Below are positions 8,856-15,989 of a stretch of 64,000 nucleotides of DNA, in pieces. The notes beneath the pieces are model-generated. The model worked only from the letters and a program-made list of their open reading frames with translations. It made no database searches and had not been told where the DNA came from. The translations under genes and the position numbers were made by a program. Source of the DNA: a virus; the IMG/VR virus record IMGVR_UViG_3300047160_007578, positions 66,263 through 130,262 of that record; one strand, written 5' to 3'. The stretch's first letter is position 1; every line of letters starts with the position of its first letter.

Positions 8856-9287
8856 TTATGGCACTGGCCAATACATTGGAATATCGTTGGGATCGTCCCA
8901 GCCAAGACCTTTTTGATACCATTCCGGATTCAACCTAATCAGATTACTCCGGTGTGACTTGTGTAATAAATCATCACCCAACCAATCAGGCGATACTGCA
9001 TCCATATATTCAGTAGTGATTATTAATCGTAGGAAGTCGCTCAAGTGATCATCCTTGACATGGCGGTTTTTGCATTCTTTGCAAATCTGGATAGCGTAAC
9101 GTAACAGTGACGCACGGAAACCCCTCCACATCTTCGTGGCCGGATGGTATTTCCAGGTCGTGGTACGACCATCCAGTGTATTGATTATCGACATACAGTT
9201 GACCCGCTGCGCTTTCAATCGCGTCAGGTCCAATGAAAGTGCCGATAGCTCGAAACACGGATACGGGAGATACGTTTGGAGCGACAT
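8856..9287 (-). CDS. pyrimidine-dimer DNA glycosylase / DenV-like (MSMEG_6728-type) protein
   Basis: QTYLPYP...LD..RL.KQR-like N terminus, WKYHPATKMWRG, HKSHRSNL. Confidence 0.8.
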   Translation of the reverse strand: MSLQTYLPYPCFELSALSLDLTRLKAQRVNCMSIINTLDGRTTTWKYHPATKMWRGFRASLLRYAIQICKECKNRHVKDDHLSDFLRLIITTEYMDAVSPDWLGDDLLHKSHRSNLIRLNPEWYQKGLGWDDPNDIPMYWPVP

Positions 9288-9301
9288 TATTGTTCCTTTG
9301 A

Positions 9302-9562
9302 TTAATGATCTATTGGCGAACTTCGCCAATTTTCTGTTTGCGGCTCCCATAACAAGAAACAATGAGGCGTTCCTTCTTGATTCAACACGCAAGCAATCTC
9401 AGAATCCTCTTTCATTGCTTGAACCAAATCAGGTGGTATATCTGATTCCCAAGGTATAGTTCTACCTTCAAAATGGTATGGCCTACGAGTATCACCACAT
9501 TCTATTTGCAACTCTCGAACATTTTCAAGTTCGCTTTTCGACATGAAATCTTTAGGAAGCAT
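9302..9562 (-). CDS. hypothetical protein
   Basis: GGAGG RBS before ATG 9562 (MLPKDF...). Confidence 0.6.
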   Translation of the reverse strand: MLPKDFMSKSELENVRELQIECGDTRRPYHFEGRTIPWESDIPPDLVQAMKEDSEIACVLNQEGTPHCFLLWEPQTENWRSSPIDH

Positions 9563-10037
9563 TTTCTTCCTCCTTTCTTCGCTTCGCCAATCGCGTCTTG
9601 ATATCGCGGCGCTTGGCTTCAAAGTAGCCAGCGCTCCCATAGATTGATCCGAAGCGTTTGGTGCAGACTTCGTTCCAGGCATCGAGCAGACTGCGAGCCA
9701 TCAGAACTTTGCCACGGACCTTGATCGCAGTCAAATCGATTCCAAGATCAATTGCAGTGGCCGCAACCAATCGCCGGCACGCTTGACGCTCTTTGTGTGG
9801 CCGAACTCGCGGTGATCGAAGTCCGGCCAATGTTTGAGCCAGCCGAATCATGTCTTCGATTTCTTCTTCATATTCCATCCGTTCCGGTTCCAGCTTCTCG
9901 TTGGCCAAGAAGCTGGCCCAAAGATCAATATCAGAAACAACCTTGACCTTTTGAGTTTGCATCGCTTTATTAAGCTCGCGGCGTTCATCGAACACTCGCT
10001 TTAGTTCAGCCAAATCAGCTTCGGGTCCGAGTTCCAT
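9552..10037 (-). CDS. hypothetical helical protein
   Basis: 161-aa ORF, start context AGGATTATTAATCATG. Confidence 0.7.
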   Translation of the reverse strand: MELGPEADLAELKRVFDERRELNKAMQTQKVKVVSDIDLWASFLANEKLEPERMEYEEEIEDMIRLAQTLAGLRSPRVRPHKERQACRRLVAATAIDLGIDLTAIKVRGKVLMARSLLDAWNEVCTKRFGSIYGSAGYFEAKRRDIKTRLAKRRKEEENAS

Positions 10038-10060
10038 GATTAATAATCCTTTCCGCTGGT

Positions 10061-10261
10061 TCAGGCGTAGGGGCCATCAGCGTGCCAGGTGGCGCCGCAC
10101 AGCGTGCAACGAACGGCTTGACTTGAGGTACGTCCCTCTGGGCCGTCGTCGATCTGAAACATCACGCCGCCCCTTTGATGGCATTTACGGCACGGTTCTT
10201 CCGGTAATGAACCCCAATCACCAGTGTTGGCGTCATACTCTTTCTTTTGTTGTTCAGGCAC
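10061..10261 (-). CDS. small zinc-ribbon protein
   Basis: CRKC...CTLC pairs. Confidence 0.6.
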   Translation of the reverse strand: MPEQQKKEYDANTGDWGSLPEEPCRKCHQRGGVMFQIDDGPEGRTSSQAVRCTLCGATWHADGPYA

Positions 10262-10279
10262 GATTAATAATCCTTTCGG

Positions 10280-10558
10280 TTAATTGGGCGAATCCGGTGC
10301 TTGATAAGCTCGTCCAGTGATCGGATCAATTTCAATATCGATTTCATCTGGATCGTACTCAATATATACATCGGGATGCAACTGTAATTGCTCCATTATC
10401 ATATCCTTTGGATTCTTGTCCCCTGTATATCGAATGTATTCGTAGGTTTTATTTTGCGGAAGTTCTGGATCGAGCCACGCTCCTGTGATTTTTAATCCAT
10501 TCACGAGAATGAAGCCACGAACTTCCTCGTTGAGAATGATCGCATAAGCCTTTTCCAT
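10280..10558 (-). CDS. hypothetical protein
   Basis: 92-aa ORF, first gene after the promoter cassette. Confidence 0.7.
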   Translation of the reverse strand: MEKAYAIILNEEVRGFILVNGLKITGAWLDPELPQNKTYEYIRYTGDKNPKDMIMEQLQLHPDVYIEYDPDEIDIEIDPITGRAYQAPDSPN

Positions 10559-10583
10559 GATTAATAATCCCTCCGATCAGCCC

Positions 10584-10701
10584 AGATTAATCAAATCTTT
10601 CTAGCGGTCGGCGCGCAGCGCTCCGCTACTATAGTGTAACATACTTTTTTCGTCATGTCAAGAGGAATTTTTCCCCGCCTCTGGAAAGATTTGATTAATC
10701 T
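10584..10701 (-). promoter_or_regulatory. second copy of the inverted-repeat-bracketed sigma70 promoter cassette
   Basis: TTGACA(10661-10656)-17 nt-TACACT(10638-10633); same flanks and CTCCGCTACTATAG core as 1880-1996. Confidence 0.85.
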
Positions 10702-11245
10702 CACCCTGCCCAAAGGTTTTTAGGACAAAGAACTCTCGTATTGTGAATCGCGTAATTGGATACGTTGTGCCGTTCGGATCATAAATCATACCGCGTTCCC
10801 AAGCAACAGCATGTTCGTTACCGTTCTCAGTCGTGCCGACCAAGACACCACGGTTTGCGATTACTAATCTTTCTAGGACTTCATTATCAACAACCGTAGA
10901 ATATATTCCTTTCTTTATTTTTTCGATTGTATTCATCGCCTCCATATAATCGCTCTCAACAAGGCCAGCGGTGATCCGCATGAATTCTTCTTCCAGATCA
11001 ATGATCACACTTTGTGGATTAAGTTCAAAATGAATCGCAGCCCATCCGCGGACAAACGCGAACATGATTATTTCTTGTGGGTGAAACGCTCGCCGACATT
11101 TCGGCTCTGGTAAATCTGGCCATATTATTTCCGAACCATCGTGCCCAATGTACGTGAGTATTTCTCCCACTGGTATATTCATCGCCATAGCGAAAGCCGT
11201 GGGAAGACATGACCAGCGATTCGGTTGGATTTGACTATTAATCAT
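10658..11245 (-). CDS. papain-like / C39-type cysteine peptidase
   Basis: Q....SCLPTAFAM catalytic Cys region, HAVAW and YDP. Confidence 0.7.
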   Translation of the reverse strand: MINSQIQPNRWSCLPTAFAMAMNIPVGEILTYIGHDGSEIIWPDLPEPKCRRAFHPQEIIMFAFVRGWAAIHFELNPQSVIIDLEEEFMRITAGLVESDYMEAMNTIEKIKKGIYSTVVDNEVLERLVIANRGVLVGTTENGNEHAVAWERGMIYDPNGTTYPITRFTIREFFVLKTFGQGEINQIFPEAGKNSS

Positions 11246-11271
11246 TCTGTGCCCTCATTGAATAAATCGTT

Positions 11272-11505
11272 TCAACCAGACACCGCCGGTTTCCACGGCG
11301 GCTTGGGCGGTGACGGCGGCGCGTGCGCATGACTCTGCATGCAGTCGAACGAACAGAACATATCGTTGAACGTGACGCCATGCAACGGTCCACCGCAATT
11401 GGTGCACCTGTGCTGACCGCTCTGCGTCGAGTGCGTATACGCACCCGTGGACAGCTGCGGCGGTGGTGGTTTCTTCTGCTGTTTCTCAGTGAAAAATTCG
11501 TTCAT
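11272..11505 (-). CDS. TRASH/YacG-like zinc-finger protein 1
   Basis: CTNCGG...FCSFDC with Pro-rich flanks. Confidence 0.7.
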   Translation of the reverse strand: MNEFFTEKQQKKPPPPQLSTGAYTHSTQSGQHRCTNCGGPLHGVTFNDMFCSFDCMQSHAHAPPSPPKPPWKPAVSG

Positions 11506-11613
11506 TGTTCACACCGTCTTTGGTTCTCGCAACATGGTGGATACGCGTAGATGGTGGTTCTCTCTACTCCTTCGGATACACCCACATAATGGTTCTCACG
11601 GCGATCAAGGCTA
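11506..11613 (-). repeat. TIGR-like dual-repeat array C (3 units)
   Basis: Plus strand TGGTTCTCNC at 11521, 11555, 11590 alternating with YGGATACRC at 11538, 11573; spacers 7-8 nt. Confidence 0.8.
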
Positions 11614-11958
11614 TCCGTTCCGAATCGAACCGCCGGCGCCAGGACCACCGCCGATCATGCCGCGCGTACCGGTAATCGAATTGTCGATGACAGCGTTGGG
11701 CGTGTAATTGGTTCCGATTTTCTTTCCGGTAACTTTTTTCGAGCACTTGTCGCAGCTGCCGCCACAGGAGCAACCATCATGGTCGTCTTGGATAATCTTA
11801 TGGTTGCCAGCGCAAGTGATCGAACAGAACGAATCTCCGAAAATCGGGCCGTTGATCGGACCAGAGCAATACTTGCACGTACCAGAAGCCGGCTGAATAC
11901 CGGTCGGCGTTTGGATCGCGGGCGGCGGTGATTCCGGTGGACCGTAGAGGCGGTTCAT
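11611..11958 (-). CDS. TRASH/YacG-like zinc-finger protein 2
   Basis: CKYC...FCSITC, extra Cys cluster, NYTPNAVID in the tail. Confidence 0.7.
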   Translation of the reverse strand: MNRLYGPPESPPPAIQTPTGIQPASGTCKYCSGPINGPIFGDSFCSITCAGNHKIIQDDHDGCSCGGSCDKCSKKVTGKKIGTNYTPNAVIDNSITGTRGMIGGGPGAGGSIRNG

Positions 11959-11991
11959 GACCTATTTCCTTTCCGAGCGATTAAAAATCTT

Positions 11992-12402
11992 TTAGCCCAG
12001 GGTCGGGCCAACGCCACCGATCGAAATGACGTGCAAAGCACCGCCGGCTGAACCAGTCGTGTCGATATCCTTGTGATTCTTTTTCTTCTTGGTGGTTGCG
12101 CCAGTGCCCTGAGCTGTGCTGTCTTGGTGCGGTGCCAAGATACCCGGAGTTGTCGCACCGGGAATGGTCGCATTGCGTTCGCTAATGCTCTGGCCACCGG
12201 GGCGAGCCTTGCCGGGCCGGCCTGAATCGGAACGATAATGCACGAACGACTCGGGGCCTTCCGGACCAGGCGGCATCGGTGGTGCTTCGTGTTGAGCTGC
12301 GCCGAGACAATCCATTGAACAGTAGGGCTTTTCATCCTTGCCCAAATAGCGGAGCGTTGTTCCCATCGCATTGTTACAACGGGAACACGTTTGAACTGTC
12401 AT
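11992..12402 (-). CDS. TRASH/YacG-like zinc-finger protein 3
   Basis: CSRC...YCSMDC plus low-complexity tail. Confidence 0.7.
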   Translation of the reverse strand: MTVQTCSRCNNAMGTTLRYLGKDEKPYCSMDCLGAAQHEAPPMPPGPEGPESFVHYRSDSGRPGKARPGGQSISERNATIPGATTPGILAPHQDSTAQGTGATTKKKKNHKDIDTTGSAGGALHVISIGGVGPTLG

Positions 12403-12424
12403 TAACGTCCCCTTTGATTAAAAA

Positions 12425-12661
12425 TCAGTCCAAGGCATTGGGGTAGCCTTTATTGATGAGCTTTTGGCCCGCGGTATTAGGTTCGTGATTGTCAGCAGTC
12501 ATTAAATTACTTACGGAGCCTGCCAATTCCTTGGCTTCCACAATTTTATTGACGGGATGTTCCTTTTCTCCGAAACATCCCATCGAACAGTATGATTCCC
12601 CACTCTTTGCACGGTAATGCAAAGATGGCAAGTCGCCACCGCAATGATTGCAGGTAAGCAT
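12425..12661 (-). CDS. TRASH/YacG-like zinc-finger protein 4
   Basis: CNHCGG...YCSMGC, C-terminal GYPNALD. Confidence 0.7.
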   Translation of the reverse strand: MLTCNHCGGDLPSLHYRAKSGESYCSMGCFGEKEHPVNKIVEAKELAGSVSNLMTADNHEPNTAGQKLINKGYPNALD

Positions 12662-12662
12662 A

Positions 12663-12872
12663 TCAGTTGTGTCCCAACATAGATCGTAGCTCGGTATCGA
12701 TTCTGACGATGACCGGAGTGAACAATAAAATCAAACCGATGATCACCAACACGATTCCAGTGATACGGACGACCTTCGCGAGTATTCCAGGGCCGAGGGC
12801 TTTTTCGGCGAAATAGGCCATTGCCAGACCCGCAAGGATCAGACCAAGTGCCAAACCAATGATCAGAGCCAT
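12663..12872 (-). CDS. small two-helix membrane protein
   Basis: Two hydrophobic segments in 69 aa. Confidence 0.7.
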   Translation of the reverse strand: MALIIGLALGLILAGLAMAYFAEKALGPGILAKVVRITGIVLVIIGLILLFTPVIVRIDTELRSMLGHN

Positions 12873-12883
12873 GACTGTATCCC

Positions 12884-13162
12884 CTAAGACTGGAACTCCT
12901 CGTCTTGCTTATTGTCCCGGTCCTCAACCATCAGTTGACCGGTCGCTCGTGCGTATTGTGACAGGTCTTGGACTTGCGTTGTTTCCGGACCGAAAATCTT
13001 GTCAGGCACTTGTCGACCAGAACCGGTCCCGAGCGGATCAGCCTTACCGCTGCCACCGCCCTTTTCCTTCTCGCCCATGCAGGACATGGAGCAGTACGAG
13101 CCGCTGTGCCCGTGATACTCCAACGTCTGCATGGTCGTGCCGCAGTTTGCACAACCTTGCAT
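12884..13162 (-). CDS. TRASH/YacG-like zinc-finger protein 5
   Basis: CANCGT...YCSMSC, GGAGG RBS. Confidence 0.7.
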   Translation of the reverse strand: MQGCANCGTTMQTLEYHGHSGSYCSMSCMGEKEKGGGSGKADPLGTGSGRQVPDKIFGPETTQVQDLSQYARATGQLMVEDRDNKQDEEFQS

Positions 13163-13200
13163 GTTTGTTCCTCCGAATTGATCAGTAATCGAAATTGAGC

Positions 13201-13521
13201 TCAGTCGATGCTGTTGGGATAGCCCTGTGTCGAGTTCGGCAACAGCATCCCCGTGGGCTGCTTCGACGTGCGCGGATCGAACGTGATCATTCCCATGCCG
13301 TCGCCGTGCGGATCGTTACCCACCGGCTTGCCTGCTCCCTCAGTGCCGGCTTCCGGCGGCAATGCGATCGTTCCCGGTTTGCTGTCCTGACCACCTTCCT
13401 TAGCGTTGAGACAATCCATTGAGCAATAACTTCCTTGCTCGCCCGCGTAGCTGAGTTGAACGTGCTGCATCGACCCGGTACGGTCGATAGTCATTTCCGT
13501 CCCACAGTTAGCGCATTTCAT
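13201..13521 (-). CDS. TRASH/YacG-like zinc-finger protein 6
   Basis: CANCGT...YCSMDC, C-terminal GYPNSID. Confidence 0.7.
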   Translation of the reverse strand: MKCANCGTEMTIDRTGSMQHVQLSYAGEQGSYCSMDCLNAKEGGQDSKPGTIALPPEAGTEGAGKPVGNDPHGDGMGMITFDPRTSKQPTGMLLPNSTQGYPNSID

Positions 13522-13541
13522 CAGATTTTCCTCCGAAAGAA

Positions 13542-14156
13542 TCAGTTCCCATTGGGTTTAGCTTCGAGTAAGTCTTCGTCAATCTCGATGCAGCTATCAG
13601 CAACATCGTGCAATTCTCGCGAGATATTACAAGCACAAATCACGCATTGAGCTTGTTGCTCTTTGATATACTCCACTAGGGGAGCGAGGTCGCCATCACC
13701 AGAACCGAGAACGACGATATCAACTCTGTTGACTACTCGCACAACGTCGATTGCCAAACCAACATCCCAATCAGCCTTTTTAATATCCTTTTTCGATCGG
13801 AGGGCTTTCCTGGTAGCGTCCAGTGCTGAATTAAGACGATTAATAATCTTTTCATCCAACTTGGCTAACTCAGGTAATTTGAGGAGTTCCTCGAAGGCTT
13901 CGATATCGATTCGGTAATTCGGGTTATCGAATGCTTTGGGGCGTTTGTATCGCGGTAGGTATCCGAAGGAGCGCAACGCGCCCAGGAATGCGTTCGCTTC
14001 GGTGCTGTCCTGCGCACCGTAAGCGTTAGCTCGCACAAGTTCATGATTCCCAAGGACGTAGTCCTTGTACCTGCGATAGTCGAGCTTCCGGTCGAACTTC
14101 TTTTTGATGCAGTAGTACAGGTTGGATACGTCGATGAAAATGCCCATCCGGGCCAT
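13542..14156 (-). CDS. NYN-domain (LabA/DUF88, PIN-like) nuclease
   Basis: IFIDVSN, KKADWDVGLAID and LGSGDGDLAP motifs. Confidence 0.9.
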   Translation of the reverse strand: MARMGIFIDVSNLYYCIKKKFDRKLDYRRYKDYVLGNHELVRANAYGAQDSTEANAFLGALRSFGYLPRYKRPKAFDNPNYRIDIEAFEELLKLPELAKLDEKIINRLNSALDATRKALRSKKDIKKADWDVGLAIDVVRVVNRVDIVVLGSGDGDLAPLVEYIKEQQAQCVICACNISRELHDVADSCIEIDEDLLEAKPNGN

Positions 14157-14220
14157 ACGAATCCCTCCCGCGGAATTATTGCGACCAGACCGACGATAAT
14201 AATCAATAACTGATTAATAA

Positions 14221-14592
14221 TCAATGGCCTCGCGTATGTGACGACTTATTAAGGAAATGGAACCAGTTCGGAGGAAGAAATAGCTTATCATATTCGTGCT
14301 GATCAGCGTAACAGAGTATCCAAATACCGACACCCTTAGATTGCATCATCGGAAATACTTGGAGTTGAGCCGGAGTAAAACTGTATTGCTCAGGATTTTT
14401 CACTTCGATCCATCGCGTACCGAAAGAAAAATGAGCGCAGTATAAATCCGGTAATCCCATCTGGAATTCATTGCCGTGTGTTGGAATCACCAACCATTCG
14501 CGATCTTCCAGAAACCGTTTAAGATCAGTCTGTATTTTGTGTTCCGGTCCGCCTTTCTTGAAACTCTTGACGGTGCCGAATCTTGCTCCCAT
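14221..14592 (-). CDS. VRR-NUC domain nuclease
   Basis: E..IQ, GLPDL, WIEVK and T.AQ motifs. Confidence 0.85.
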   Translation of the reverse strand: MGARFGTVKSFKKGGPEHKIQTDLKRFLEDREWLVIPTHGNEFQMGLPDLYCAHFSFGTRWIEVKNPEQYSFTPAQLQVFPMMQSKGVGIWILCYADQHEYDKLFLPPNWFHFLNKSSHTRGH

Positions 14593-14594
14593 GA

Positions 14595-14960
14595 TTATCC
14601 TCCTATATCAAAATGACCGTCAGGTCCGATAGGGAATGTTGCCGGATCAATAATCCCTTTTGATGTTTTGCGCTCGAGTGCGCGCTGCTCGTGAAACAGA
14701 ATCGCCAACCGAGCTTGTCGTTGCGACTCGGAAAGCGCTTTGATTACTCGGTCGTTACCTTCCCAGCGAAGACAACCGTCGCAGTGATTAGTGCGGTCGA
14801 TTAGGCACTCCAACATATCAACAACGGTACGGAGAACTTCCTGCGTCTGTGTGCCTGGATGCGGAGTATCTTCGCGATTAACGAATACCAACCGAAGCGG
14901 AGAACCATCCCCGTCCAATTGATTCAACTCGTAGATGTGTCCTGGTTCGATGACTTTCAT
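14595..14960 (-). CDS. Tad1/Acb2-like anti-defence sponge candidate
   Basis: GHIYEL...F...GT.T.EVL...LIDR...N..I..L...A...R..ER...G pattern resembles Tad1. Confidence 0.55.
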   Translation of the reverse strand: MKVIEPGHIYELNQLDGDGSPLRLVFVNREDTPHPGTQTQEVLRTVVDMLECLIDRTNHCDGCLRWEGNDRVIKALSESQRQARLAILFHEQRALERKTSKGIIDPATFPIGPDGHFDIGG

Positions 14961-14976
14961 GATTAATAATCCTTTC

Positions 14977-15273
14977 TTACTTCCGGAATTGATCGTTGAC
15001 CACTTCGGCTATTGCGAGCAACAGAATCGCGTTGTCCATCTTGGACTGATAAACGTCGAAACCAGTCATCGGATTATCAGGGCCAGTCATTTCTTGACGA
15101 ATAGCCAATTGAGCTTCCCGAATCATTTCGATCGCGCGGCTTTCGAGATACCGCGGATCGTCGATATGTTGTTCGATGATTATTGCGAGCGGTCCACCTT
15201 TCTTCGGATCGAATTTACACCTTGCCAACACCTTGCGGATTTTGGTCACGGTGACCGTCTGTTTCCTCGCCAT
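14977..15273 (-). CDS. hypothetical protein
   Basis: 98-aa ORF with AAGGA RBS. Confidence 0.65.
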   Translation of the reverse strand: MARKQTVTVTKIRKVLARCKFDPKKGGPLAIIIEQHIDDPRYLESRAIEMIREAQLAIRQEMTGPDNPMTGFDVYQSKMDNAILLLAIAEVVNDQFRK

Positions 15274-15658
15274 TTGATACGTCCTTCGCTTTCTGTTTGA
15301 TAAGCAGTTCCGAATAGTTCTTCAATATATCAACAAAGGCTTGCCGGCAAACTTTTGCCTGCTTCCTGAACATACGAACTTCGGGAAATTGATTGGCGCG
15401 TTGACCGTACTGGAGCAATCGATCCCACAGTTCGGGACCGTTGGGAGAATTGTCCAGAGGCAACCGGAAAATCCGGTACAGTTCCGCGTATTCGTTCGCC
15501 CGGAATTGTGACAGATCGTCCCACAGTGCAGATAGCTGCACAGTATTGAAATTGCCGAGGCTATCAAACAGCCTTAGAAATAAGTCCTCTTTCAACTTCC
15601 CGTATTTCACCAGCACCGTTTCCATTTCCGTTTTCAGTTCCAGCAGTTGGGGTGTCAT
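15215..15658 (-). CDS. hypothetical protein
   Basis: 147-aa ORF. Confidence 0.6.
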   Translation of the reverse strand: MTPQLLELKTEMETVLVKYGKLKEDLFLRLFDSLGNFNTVQLSALWDDLSQFRANEYAELYRIFRLPLDNSPNGPELWDRLLQYGQRANQFPEVRMFRKQAKVCRQAFVDILKNYSELLIKQKAKDVSNGEETDGHRDQNPQGVGKV

Positions 15659-15989
15659 CGTTTTCTTTCCGTGTCGCCTGAATACAACCTATTAGTTCCA
15701 CGCGACTCATTGAAGAATAGTTGCGAATACTTTTATCCCGTGCTATTTCGCGCAGACAACGAACATCAAGTAATTCAAAGCTATTAGTTCGCTTTAGTAC
15801 GCACTTTACCCAAAAAGCAATCGCTTCCCTATCACTGGATTCGATATATTGAAGAACTTGCTTTCGCTCTTCCTCGCTGCAAAGGTCATACGCTGTCTGA
15901 AATGCCTGTTGCTCAACGAATCGAAAGACGTTGAGCACAGACAAATACCTGGAATGCAACGAGCATCGCAAGTCAGCGAACAGCATCAC
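15564..15989 (-). CDS. protein with a Rho-N-like helical domain
   Basis: LREIARDKSIRNYSSMSRVELI resembles the Rho N-terminal/LEM-like motif. Confidence 0.6.
   Translation of the reverse strand: MMLFADLRCSLHSRYLSVLNVFRFVEQQAFQTAYDLCSEEERKQVLQYIESSDREAIAFWVKCVLKRTNSFELLDVRCLREIARDKSIRNYSSMSRVELIGCIQATRKENDDTPTAGTENGNGNGAGEIREVERGLISKAV

Noticed and set aside
9552-10037. Helical hypothetical proteins (also 15215-15658 and 8117-8599) as the missing Tas/Nop protein
   Set aside because: They are too short and lack the GIG helix-hairpin and downstream Nop/IS110-like motifs by eye. A structure search would settle it.
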